A DNA stretch of 62,853 nt, the filler included, from Stramenopiles sp. TOSAG23-2 (lineage: Eukaryota): NCBI GenBank assembly GCA_900128395.1. It is 8 parts of 8 records of this genome, joined end to end, with 100 filler letters (N's around TTAATTAATTAA, not from the genome) between each part and the next. Parts side by side here need not be neighbours in the genome. Positions count along the whole stretch, not along the records: positions 34,967 to 46,488 come from LT649922.1; positions 46,589 to 58,108 come from LT649923.1; 6 more parts are not named here. One strand, given 5' to 3'. Shown one piece after another: positions 45,206 through 56,605 of the stretch. How positions within the stretch are numbered: the first letter of the stretch is position 1; every line of letters begins with the position of its first letter. The notes under the pieces are model-generated. The model was not told the DNA's origin, made no database searches, and worked only from the letters and a program-made list of their open reading frames with translations. The position numbers and the translations under genes are program-made.

Positions 45206-46433
45206 ATGAAGAAAAGAATAGGAGGTCCCACCCGTGTTCGAGAAAATAATCGATACCCTATCGATAAAATTTTATATCGAACAGATGGGTTTGAGGAAAT
45301 GTTAATGGCAAGAAGATCATCTTCAGATCTAATACAAGCTATGCACCACATGGCAATATCATCCCGTTGCAATCAGCTTGGTGTTGTGAACATTTCACAA
45401 ATATTAGCAAGGGTATGGAACAGTGAGTGCAACGACGCATTGCTGAATTTGTTGATGAAAAAGGTCAACATTTTCTCATTAAATTTCGATGTGGCGGATT
45501 TTGGGAATCATGTGCATGATTTTGTGGCAATGTTATTGAGTAATAATAACATTGAAAAAACTGGTCTATGTTTGGCTTGGTTTGGTGAACTCAATGCAAT
45601 AAAAAAGTTTCAAGGGGAGGGGAGTAAAATTTATGATAAAATACGTCGGTAAGTATGATCAAACATATATATATATATATATATCAAAACAACAAAATTA
45701 AATAATAATTAGAAAAACAACTAACAGAAAAAAAATTTTCAGTAATACTCGTTTTATTATCAATAATTTACTGCTTCATAATAATGGAAAAAAAATCAGC
45801 GTATTATTTGTAAAAAAAAAATGGATTGAAAATTTTAATAAAATGTCATCAAAAGAATTGAGATATGCACATTATGGGCAAGTTTATCAAAGAAGGGGTT
45901 TCTATGCATGGAAAAAAATTGCTAATGGTAATCATTGTATGGCATATAGTAAGAAATATGAGAAGTGGTATCTATTGAATAGAAAAAAAGGAGAATATCG
46001 ATTTGTAAAAAAGGTTACAATCAATACATATGGGAACTGTGAGTATATTTTAGAAAATTTAAATGGAGAAATATATAAAACAGGTAAAGGTATTGTGATG
46101 GAAGAAATATACAATAATGGTGGTGCTATAAAATATTTTAATTGCAAAAGTTCTATTGATCAGAAATTATATAAATGTTCTATTGGTTATGATATAAAAG
46201 TAGATATTGGTTATATGGTACATATAGGAATGAAAGATGATGTGAATGGGGAAATATTATATGTATATGAAAAGGATAGATTAACAATACAACAGAAGAA
46301 AAAAAACAAAAGAAACAACAGAAGAGTTCGTAGTATGAGTAAGAAGAAAAAAAGATTGGTCAGAAATAAAAATCATATGAAGAAAAAAAAAGAAAGTTGT
46401 TGTACAAGAGTTGTAAATTTTATTTTTTCGTAA
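45206..46433 (+). CDS. Hypothetical 377-aa protein; exons 45206-45648 and 45743-46433
   Basis: Intron 45649-45742 (GTAAGT, branch CTAAC at 45721, TTTCAG) joins the 45083 and 45843 ORFs in frame via NTRFIINNLLLHNNGKKISVLFVKKKWIENFNK. Confidence 0.65.
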
Positions 46434-46488
46434 ATATGATTTTTATTTCTGACCAATCTTTTTTTCTTCTTACTCATACTACGAACTC
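46324..46488. repeat. Perfect 55-bp inverted repeat ending at the scaffold terminus
   Basis: 46324-46378 is the exact reverse complement of 46434-46488. Confidence 0.92.
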
Positions 46489-46708
46489 NNNNNNNNNNNN
46501 NNNNNNNNNNNNNNNNNNNNNNNNNNNNNNNNTTAATTAATTAANNNNNNNNNNNNNNNNNNNNNNNNNNNNNNNNNNNNNNNNNNNNTAGATATTATGT
46601 AAAAAGAAATAATAGCAAATGGTATAAGAATATAACAAATACGTAGTCATTCTATTATACGAAACATATATATATATATTATATATATCAGTATTCATAA
46701 TCATCATC

Positions 46709-49700
46709 ATGAAAATTAACAATATTTACTTTACTTTAATTGTACTTTTATTAACCGTATTGTCTTCAACAACCTTTGCAGCAAAAGACAACAAAGAATA
46801 TTCACAAGATGAATCAACAAAAGCTTTTTTAACATGGTTTAAAGATATGGGTGGAAAAGCTACTGGTGTAACTGTTGGTATATCTGAAAGTATGGGGCGT
46901 GGAGTTTTTGCGACAGAAACATTAAAACAAGATGATCCTGTCTTATCTGTACCGCTTAGCATGTGCATGTGCCGTGATACTGCTTTACACGACAAATCAA
47001 AAAGAGTTCGGAAAGCATATAAAAGTTTAAGGGATGATGAAGATTTAGTAGCTTTATTTATTTTAAGAGAAATTTCAAAAGGTTCAAGGTCGACGTTTGA
47101 GCCATATCTAAAAGTTTTACCAAAACGTGTGCCATTGACCAGTTTTTTCAGTGAAAATGAACTAAATGCATTGCAGGATAAACGGAGAGTCTCGGATGCA
47201 AAGCGAAGAGCTAGACAATTAAGAAATAGGTTTAAAAAATTATCAAGACACGTTAAAGATCTTTTCAAAGATATTCCAGAAAAAAAAAGGCGTAACAAGT
47301 ATAGTGATTATGCATGGGCAGTAGCAGTAGTAGGCAGTCGTGCATTGTCAATGTCAGGGACGAAATATTTAGTGCCATTTGCTGATATGTTTAACTATGC
47401 CCCTCATCATGAAGAACGCGAGGCTAATAACGGTGCTGAATTTTTAAGATACCACAAAGTGCAACGTGGTAATTTCAACGTTTTTGCTGACCGCGCATGT
47501 ACTAGTGGAAATCAATTAGTGGAAGATTATGGTGACAATACAAATTCATTGTACATAAATCACCATGGCTTTGTTGTGGAGGAAAACCCATTTGATTGTG
47601 TTGAATTGGACATGCCAAAAATTAATCGTAAAGAAAAGTTGCGATACAAATTAGCTACCCGTATGCATTTGAATACCAGACCGCCTGTCTGCATCCAACC
47701 TGGCAAAAAACATTTGCCAAAAGTTTTAACAGATCATTTTAAAGCATTGGCATTTTCTGACGATTGGGTTGATAAATGTTTAAAATGGTTAGGAAAAGAT
47801 AATACAAAGCAACCATCTGAGGAGGCATATAATAAATGCTTTTCAAAAGTGGATGCAAGCATATTAACACGTTCAAGGCGTTTATTTCATGATGCGCTGA
47901 AAACAAAGTTGAAGTCATATCCAACTACATATGATGAAGACAAATTATTGCTTGAATCATCTGGAAAATCAAATGGTGGTCTATTAAGTGTTAAATTAAA
48001 TTATCATGAAATCATAGCTATCAAATATCGAATGGCACAAAAGCGATTGTTGTCCTTATTGATGGTGGAACATGGGGCCAAAGCACACACTGTTTCTAGT
48101 GGAGGTGAAGGGTCTTCTTCTGATGATGGCGTAGCCGGAAAGAATAAAAATAGCAATGCTGCTGAATTAGAACAACAAAAATCAGACGAAGCAAAGGCGA
48201 AGGCATTTAATGAATGGTTTGCAACGTTTAACGCTCCGGTTAATAAAATTGAAGCACGTGCTGTGCCTGGAATGCGCATTGGTACGATTACAACTGAACA
48301 TGTGAAAGCAGAGGAGGTCTATCTTGCAGTTCCAGAAGATGCATTGATGGATTCGGATAGTGCGCAAAGATGTGACGCATTAGGCCCTATGTTTGATGAT
48401 CTGAAGAAAAAGCATCCACGTGGTGATAAATTTCATGAGTTATTAATTCATCTAATTTATGAACGATTCGTACGTAATACAGATTCATTCTGGTGGCCTT
48501 ATTTAAATGTCATACCATCGTTAAAGGAAATGCATGCGCCAGCTGTTTCGTTTACGGATTCTGAATTAGACGAATTAAGAGGATCGGAAATATTTGATGC
48601 AATTCAAGTTTACAAAGATAAAATTCGAAGAAAATACAAAGGCGTCAATAAGCACTTATTTTCAAAATATAAAAAAATATTGCCACCAGAAGTCTACACA
48701 TATGATAATTATCGGTAAGTTTCTTTTATAACATCACTTATGATATTACATATATATATATAACAACACTTTCCAGGCAAATTGAATTGAAAAGTCTTTA
48801 TATTTTTTTTTTCCAATAAAATATTTAAAGTTGTGAGATTTGCAAGACTAAATGACACATTCCGCTCAATTCCGAGGCATGCAATTAATATTGGTATTAC
48901 ATGCCATTGTAAGAAGGGGAAACAATTGATATATAGAATTTCTATCTTTCATATAATATAGGCTGTATTATATCAGTATACTAATTTTTATAGAATAATC
49001 AAAGGTAACTAACAATATGTACTATACATATATAAAAAAGCTGGTCTCATGCTATATTAGATTCCAGAAGAATATGGTGGAATGGTGAAGGTCATTTGAC
49101 ACCAATGCTTGATTTAATTAATTGTATGGAAGGTCCAGATCCATCACGAGTACATTCAACTCGTTTGGATAATACTGGTAAAAATGCCATAACAAAAGCT
49201 CCATGGGAATTTAAAAAAGGTGAACAATTGTTTGAGCCATATGGTCAACCGAATCATATATACTTGATGTATCATGGTTTTATACTACAACAAAATTCTC
49301 ACGATTGTGTGCGAATAAATTTTGAATTGCCATCAGATGATCCAAATTTTGATTCAAAAAGAAATGATATTTTACAAAATCGCATTCATCATTCAACGAC
49401 ATTGGAAGCATGTATAGCTGTTGGTAAAATACGGGGAAATGTGTTTGAATTTTTGCGCGTAGTACATGATGAACAAAGTAGGAAACGTTTATATACTATT
49501 TTGAATGAAAAACTGAAAGAAAAATTGGCAAAATATTTAACAAGTGTGGAGGAAGATGAAAAGTTATTGGATCAAGGTAAATTGGAAGATGGAACTTTGT
49601 TGAATTATCATTTAACAACTGCTATTAAATTTAGGATGAGTGAGAAGAAATTATTAAAAGAATTGATGGATTGGTCATTTAAAAAAAGTGGTGTGAAAAT

Positions 49701-49710
49701 GGAATTGTAA
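46709..49710 (+). CDS. Tandem double SET-domain (SETD3/Rubisco-LSMT type) methyltransferase with signal peptide and C-terminal KMEL; exons 46709-48714 and 49041-49710
   Basis: SET1: GRGVFAT...LVPFADMFNY...QLVEDYG...HGF; SET2: MRIGTIT...FWWPYL...LTPMLDLINC...QLFEPYGQPN...YHGF. Each is followed by an LSMT substrate-binding-like region (YPTTYDEDK..L, AIKYRMAQK; YLTSVEEDEKLL, AIKFRMSEK). Intron 48715-49040 (GTAAGT...CTAAC...AAAG) restores the frame NYR-WSHAILDSR. Confidence 0.88.
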
Positions 49711-50095
49711 AAATAAATTTTTTACGAACGATTTTAGCAAAAAATCAGGAGGAAGGGAAGATGGAGAGAGGATATACGCGTAGCGTAATATTTTTTTATG
49801 TACTCGTATTTTTTTATAAAAATATAAGAGAGAGATATTTTTTTATAAAATTCTACGAACGTTATATATTTTTATTATAGGTAAATTTTTGGAAGGCTGG
49901 AAGGAGTTTTTAAATTTTAAATTTTATTGCATTTTTTCCACACGTAAATGAAATAATCCCGGTCTTTAAAATAAAAAATGTGTATGATTCGTATGATACA
50001 TATAATATATATGATACGAAAAATAAAAAAAATAATTTTTATATTATTCGTATTATTTAATTTTAAACAAACCAGAATAAATTTTTAGCCACACT

Positions 50096-50608
50096 TCATT
50101 TCGGTCTATTCTGTAATAAGCTGCGCAAATACGCATCTGCCATTTCATTTGTTTGTATTGTTTCATTTATGCGTTTCTTTAAATGTTCATTTTCATTACG
50201 TTCAATTAATAACTTCTTTTGTAAAGATTTCACTTTCATCTCTAATTGATTAATTTTATCATTTTGTTTTGTTGTAATAGCAATTTGCTTTTCCATCTCG
50301 CGCTTTAATCTATTATATGCATTAGCATCTGAAACGTTTTTACGCATCCGCGTATTTTTTTTTCTTTTTGTGGAGGAAGATGTATTAGGACGAGACGATG
50401 ATGATGAATTGCATGAGGCGGAAGATTTAGCTCTATATTCATTTCTGAACATATTATTATTATTATAATTATTATTTGACATTATTGTCGGGGCTGTAGT
50501 GACATTTCGTCGTCCAATTTGATGACGATACCCACGAAATTTATTTGGTAATTTGTTTTTTTTAGAATAAAAGCTTTTGAGTTCAGATGGCCTTGCTGGT
50601 TTGATCAT
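50096..50608 (-). CDS. Small basic coiled-coil hypothetical protein
   Basis: 170-aa ORF with RPxT/S-type low-complexity motifs and a C-terminal heptad region. Confidence 0.6.
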   Translation of the reverse strand: MIKPARPSELKSFYSKKNKLPNKFRGYRHQIGRRNVTTAPTIMSNNNYNNNNMFRNEYRAKSSASCNSSSSSRPNTSSSTKRKKNTRMRKNVSDANAYNRLKREMEKQIAITTKQNDKINQLEMKVKSLQKKLLIERNENEHLKKRINETIQTNEMADAYLRSLLQNRPK

Positions 50609-50789
50609 ATTTACTTCATATCAATCTATCTGTTATCTATTATACAACAAAATGTATATTACATAAAATAGATCATGCAAATATATATCAGAATATACAT
50701 ATATATATATATATATGTATATTCATATTATTACAAATTCATTCTAAAATATAAAAATCAAGACTATAAAATAAGATCATATATTAACA

Positions 50790-51152
50790 ATGGCAGCAAA
50801 AGGTGGTGGTAAATATGGTGGTACTTTAGGCGATGATGCAGTTTCGGCAATGAAGAATTGGGCAAGCAGATTATTAGCGGAAGAAAGCGCATCAAGAATG
50901 TGGTATAAAGATTGGGGATTTTTAGCGACGGGTGATCCAAATGATAAGCAAGGGGAAAACATTGATGGGCGTTTAGCCGCTGCAGAGAAAGAGCTTGCAA
51001 TACTTGAAGCGAAAGCGAAAGCAGAAGGATGGAAACAAACCAGCTCTAGTGTATATGATACTGGTGTAAGTCCAGAGGCACATATCGCAGGTGTTTGGAC
51101 AAAACGTCGATCTCAAAATGATCCAAATATACGTCCTACAAACCCATACTAA
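50790..51152 (+). CDS. LLC1/C20orf85 (CIMIP1)-like ciliary microtubule inner protein
   Basis: DAVSAMKNWASRLLAEESASRMWYKDWGFL matches the family pattern W..R...E......W...WGFL. Confidence 0.65.
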   Translation: MAAKGGGKYGGTLGDDAVSAMKNWASRLLAEESASRMWYKDWGFLATGDPNDKQGENIDGRLAAAEKELAILEAKAKAEGWKQTSSSVYDTGVSPEAHIAGVWTKRRSQNDPNIRPTNPY

Positions 51153-51570
51153 TAAATAAAATGTAAATTATAAAGTATACAAGTGTGAAGCACTATAAGA
51201 AATGAAATGTAAAAAAAAGGAGAGAAAACATTTTCCCCCGAATATTTAATATATATTTATATATTTATATTATGTGATATTGATTAAATACGACGTACGA
51301 AGTCGTATCATAATATAATATATCATACGTAACGGTTTATGCATTAATTGAACTTCGTACCGAACACTTCGTAAATAATTTTTATGTATGTGGATAGTAC
51401 GCGGTACAAAAATAAAATCGCTCTTTAATAAAAAATGTGCTAGACAAGATAAATTAGAAGCATTATTAATATTTATATAAAAAAATATATATTAATACGA
51501 ATAATAATTCATTTTTTAGAGAAGAAAAAATATATTTATATACACTGATACACACACGATACACCCACTC

Positions 51571-53735
51571 TCAGTTATTAATCTTCTGCCTATGCTTCTT
51601 CATTATATTTTGTATTTTCATTGCAGACATATGTTCGTTTAAACAATCTAATGAAAGATCACGTACATGCAAAAGTATTTCTTTCTCTGATTCTGATTGT
51701 ACAGTAAGTGTAGTACTATGATTTGTTGTATCATCGTCACCACCACCACCAGGCTTACTCTCCTCTTCAAGTTTCATCTCATTCAAAATATTTTGGGTAA
51801 AATTTAGAAATTTTTTCGTTGATGTAGATATAGCTAAATATAAAATTTCCTCAGCTGCAACAACTCCACCTAATGACTTGCTCTGTACAACTTTTGAATA
51901 AAGAGTTAGACATGTACCAATATCTACATCTTTAAAATAATATTCAACACCACCAGCACCATATTCATGAACCAAGGCATTTGTTACATCACTAAGAAAG
52001 CGTGGCACGTTTGTACCATCATCAACGCCCTCCCCCAATGTTTTACGACGTGGTGATCCAGGTACATGATTTTTTGTACTTTTCTGTGGTAATAACAACA
52101 CTCCAAAAATAACTTCGAGTCTATCTGAAGACGATGGTAACAGGTTTAAACATTTCATACCAATCTCATCCAATGCTTCTCTCATAGTCGTGTACCATTT
52201 CCATTCTGTTGGACTTGTATCATTTGGTAATATATCAGATAAATTGCTAGGTAAACCATCTAAAAATAAACGGGACAAAGCAATATTACTAATAAATTGG
52301 ATCATACATTCCGTCGTTATATTTTGTATTATTGAATCTATTTCCACAAATAAATGAAAACATATAATGGAATCTCGTAGTAATATAGATGGTCCTTGGT
52401 CTGAAAACTGAAAGATGTCATCGCCATTCTTTTGATCACTAACTACAATAAATGATTTACACGATCGTATACTTGTTTTTATAAAACGATTGATGGAAAA
52501 TAAAATATCTGCAATATTTACGTGACTGGAAAAAATGTTTATGAGTTGTTCATCGAAATTATGATGTTTCTTTTTTAACGATGTTAATAATGTATCAATT
52601 GCATCTTGTTTCTTTGGTATACTGTGAATTTGATGTTTAGAATTTTTAATGAAATTTGAAAAAATAGTTGTTAAATCCAATGGTTGCAAAGATGACTTTT
52701 CATTATTACCATTATTGTTGATGTTGTTCTTTGTCATATTCGTTGTTTTAATGTTATTATTATTATTGGTGGTAGTAGTAGTAAATGTACTCTTCTTGTT
52801 ACAGTTGGTGGATTTAAATTCGTCGACTTTATTACCATCATTATCATTATTATCAATAATATTATTTCGAAGTAACTTTATTGTAACATCTTGTTCTTTC
52901 AATGTTTTTTCTGCAAGTTTTAATTTTGTTTCTAAAAATTTTACTTGATTTTTATTTTCGTCATAATCATTGTAATTATTATTTGCATCGTACTTTCTCG
53001 ATAATAGTTGCAATTGCTCTTTCAAGGCATTGCGTTCCTGAACCAATCTCTCTGTTCTTTCCCGATATTCTTCAGTATTTTTATTATATTTCATTTGAGA
53101 TTTTGCAAATTCTGATTTTAAATTCAATAATCTTTGTGACAAATTTGTTGTAGAATGATGTGTTGAGATAGGCGAAACGCTTTTTGCCGTTGTTGCTTTC
53201 AATCTTACTAAAGCATTTTGGTAAAATTGGAGTTGTTCATCACTATTTGCTTTCATATCCTTTAATTTTTGATTCTCCATTTGCAAATTTTTATTAATAG
53301 ATATTAATTTTTCTATCTCAGCCTCCAGATTGTTTTTAAGTTGCACATCAGCTGAAAATTGCTCTAATTGTAATATTTCTTTTTCCAATTTTCGATTTTC
53401 GCTTCGTTCATCAGCCATTATCTCTAACAATAGGTCACTTTCTTCTTTTACTTTGAAATGTCTTTTTGTTAAATCTATTACTTCTGCTTTCAACTGATCA
53501 TTTTCTTTTTGTACTCGTTCCAATAGCATTAAGATTTGTGCGTTCTTATTGTTATTATTATTATTATTATTATTTGTAAACGAATTAGAATATTCTTCAT
53601 GAGAGGTATTATTCATAACGCTTTTCATAGATGAATATGTTTTTGGGTAGCGATTTCCATTCGATGCTTTAACATTTTTTGCATGTTTTTTCCAATCTGT
53701 TAATCTCATCGTGTTTGTATCTTTATCTTCTAATT
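51571..53735 (-). CDS. Large coiled-coil protein, terminal exon (upstream intron runs into a gap)
   Basis: Long open frame preceded on the minus strand by an (AT)n tract and the acceptor ...TAAAACAG; N-terminal coiled coil, C-terminal helical region ending in IQ-like SAMKIQNIMKKH. Confidence 0.7.
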
Positions 53736-53751
53736 CTGTTTTATGTAGTAT

Positions 53752-53783
<32 letters not shown>

Positions 53784-53839
53784 NNNNNNNNNNNNNNNNN
53801 NNNNNNNNNNNNNNNNNNNNNNNNNNNNNNNNNNNNNTA

Positions 53840-54406
53840 TTCGCATCGTACTTTCTCGATAATAGTTGCAATTGTTCTTTCAAGGCATTGCGTTCCTGAA
53901 CCAATCTCTCTGTTCTTTCCCGATATTCTTCAGTATTTTTATTATATTTCATTTGAGATTTTGCAAATTCTGATTTTAAATTCAATAATCTTTGTGACAA
54001 ATTTGTTGTAGAATGATGTGTTGAGATAGGCGAAACGCTTTTTGCCGTTGTTGCTTTCAATCTTACTAAAGCGTTTTGGTAAAATTGGAGTTGTTCATCA
54101 CTATTTGCTTTCATATCCTTTAATTTTTGATTCTCCATTTGCAAATTTTTATTAATAGATATTAATTTTTCTATCTCAGCCTCCAGATTGTTTTTAAGTT
54201 GCACATCAGCTGAAAATTGCTCTAATTGTAATATTTCTTTTTCCAATTTTCGATTTTCGCTTCGTTCATCAGCCATTATCTCTAACAATAGGTCACTTTC
54301 TTCTTTTACTTTGGAATGTCTTTTTGTTAAATCTATTACTTCTGCTTTCAACTGATCATTTTCTTTTTGTACTCGTTCCAATAGCATTAAAATTTGTGAG
54401 TTCTTA

Positions 54407-54441
<35 letters not shown>

Positions 54442-54597
54442 TGTAAACGAATTAGAATATTCTTCATGAGAGGTATGATTCATAACGCTTTTCATAGATG
54501 AATATGTTTTTGGGTAGCGATTTCCATTCGATGCTTTAACATTTTTTGCATGTTTTTTCCAATCTGTTAATCTCATCGTGTTTGTATCTTTATCTTC
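53840..54597 (-). repeat. Second, slightly divergent copy of ~52983-53730 on the other side of an N gap
   Basis: Same coding sequence with substitutions (N/H, A/S, F/S) and a longer poly-Asn tract. Confidence 0.9.
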
Positions 54598-55762
54598 GAA
54601 GTGATACATGTTTCGATACTTCTTCAAAATTTTCGATTTGGCACTTTATGTGAGATTTGTGTAAAATATTAAAAAGTATATGTGACCAAGTATCAGGCAA
54701 TCCAGGCAAGCAATAAATACATTTGCCATTTTTAATAAACGGTTTTGCACCCGCCCATGTGTTTGACACGCTTGTTACATCTAATATTGAAAAAGATGTC
54801 TTGCTAAATTTTATAAATGCTTTTCTCCATATATCTTTAACGACAATTGCAGATTCTTTATCGATTTTTTTATTGGCTTCACATTTTGATTTGATAATAT
54901 GATGTTTTGGGGAAACGAAAAATATTACTTTAGAAACGGAAGTTTTATCAATCGTTGATAAAATTCTTTCAACTTTACTTTCATATGCTTCACTATTATG
55001 TTTTAAATGACTTGATAAAATATTTGTACCGTCATCCTCAAATAATGGAAACGTTAATACTAACGTCTTCACGCGAGGAATAGTTTTTAACCAAGTCAAT
55101 GGTTCAAAGTGTTTTAATCGATGATATTCCACTATTGCTTTGTCGTTATCATTACCTTTTCCAACTAATTTTTTCCATGAGTTTGCTAAATTTTTAATAC
55201 GATGATCACCTAGAAAAATCAATGGTGAAGTGCAACCATTGTTGATCATTTCAAGAGCGTGGCTAGGATTGAAACGTAACATCTTGCAATTACTCGGTAC
55301 AAATCGATGTCTAGATCCTACAAGACTCTTCATAAAATTTGGTCGTTTGCTGCAACTATATGAATCTTTCGTATTGCTATTATTATATATTTTTGATTGG
55401 CCTAAAGGATCAATTTTTTCATACCATTTTTTCCAGTTGCAATTGAAATCTCGTCTAATCCATTTTCCAGTCATATGTCCAAGCTGGGGACTCGTACAGA
55501 TATTATCATCATCTTGATCAATCAATGAATTCCCGCACAAATAGTCGCAAAATTCAGTACGAACAAACCCAATTCCTTTTTTTTTAAAACCTTTCCGACC
55601 ACTTCGTATTGGAGCTTTTCTTAAACTATTTTTCTTTTCAATAATGTTTAATGGAAGTGAATATACAATTGGTATAATATAATAATCAGCCAACAGCAAA
55701 AATAGACATAAAATAATTCTACAGTGTCTTTTATACTTATATTTATTTTTAATTATCTGCAT
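54590..55762 (-). CDS. TBL/PC-esterase (Cas1p/GDSL-like O-acetyltransferase) family type II membrane protein with degenerate catalytic motifs
   Basis: N-terminal hydrophobic anchor; GKWIR, RFVPSNCKMLRFNP, LIFLGDH, ILDVTSVS, CLPGLPDTWSHILFNIL. Confidence 0.75.
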   Translation of the reverse strand: MQIIKNKYKYKRHCRIILCLFLLLADYYIIPIVYSLPLNIIEKKNSLRKAPIRSGRKGFKKKGIGFVRTEFCDYLCGNSLIDQDDDNICTSPQLGHMTGKWIRRDFNCNWKKWYEKIDPLGQSKIYNNSNTKDSYSCSKRPNFMKSLVGSRHRFVPSNCKMLRFNPSHALEMINNGCTSPLIFLGDHRIKNLANSWKKLVGKGNDNDKAIVEYHRLKHFEPLTWLKTIPRVKTLVLTFPLFEDDGTNILSSHLKHNSEAYESKVERILSTIDKTSVSKVIFFVSPKHHIIKSKCEANKKIDKESAIVVKDIWRKAFIKFSKTSFSILDVTSVSNTWAGAKPFIKNGKCIYCLPGLPDTWSHILFNILHKSHIKCQIENFEEVSKHVSLRR

Positions 55763-56605
55763 ATTGTGTTTCGTTATTTTCTATCATATGCAAAGGTCAC
55801 ATGTGTGAGAGAATTATGAAGCAATAGTAACAGGAAGACATATACATACATACATGGCATTACTATATGTAACAACAATTATTAAAAAAAAAAAAACTTT
55901 ATTAAAAAATTCTTCTGCTTCTTATATATATATTGGTGGTGGTATTATTAATATTATTAGTAGTACCATCAAGTATANNNNNNNNNNNNNNNNNNNNNNN
56001 NNNNNNNNNNNNNNNNNNNNNNNNNNNNNNNNNNNNNNNNNNNNNNNNNNNNNNNNNNNNNNNNNNNNNNNNNNNNNNNNNNNNNNNNNNNNNNNNNNNN
56101 NNNNNNNNNNNNNNNNNNNNNNNNNNNNNNNNNNNNNNNNNNNNNNNNNNNNNNNNNNNNNNNNNNNNNNNNNNNNNNNNNNNNNNNNNNNNNNNNNNNN
56201 NNNNNNNNNNNNNNNNNNNNNNNNNNNNNNNNNNNNNNNNNNNNNNNNNNNNNNNNNNNNNNNNNNNNNNNNNNNNNNNNNNNNNNNNNNNNNNNNNNNN
56301 NNNNNNNNNNNNNNNNNNNNNNNNNNNNNNNNNNNNNNNNNNNNNNNNNNNNNNNNNNNNNNNNNNNNNNNNNNNNNNNNNNNNNNNNNNNNNNNNNNNN
56401 NNNNNNNNNNNNNNNNNNNNNNNNNNNNNNNNNNNNNNNNNNNNNNNNNNNNNNNNNNNNNNNNNNNNNNNNNNNNNNNNNNNNNNNNNNNNNNNNNGAA
56501 AAGGATAAAAAAAGGCAATAGTAAGAGATATAACAATTGTAAAATAGAAATCTATTATTTTATTGATTTTTCATAGTGTCTGTAAAGAAAGAATAATAAG
56601 AAAAT

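Noticed and set aside
46324-46488. Inverted repeat as transposon terminal repeats or a MITE
   Set aside because: One arm lies inside a CDS and the other ends exactly at the scaffold edge, with no target-site duplication visible; an amplification fold-back fits better.
51571-54627. 1018-aa ORF as a single protein with an internal repeat
   Set aside because: It reads through an N gap and an (AT)n intron remnant, and the repeat is a duplicated or allelic segment.
55854-56576. ORFs spanning the long N gap
   Set aside because: They consist almost entirely of X residues.
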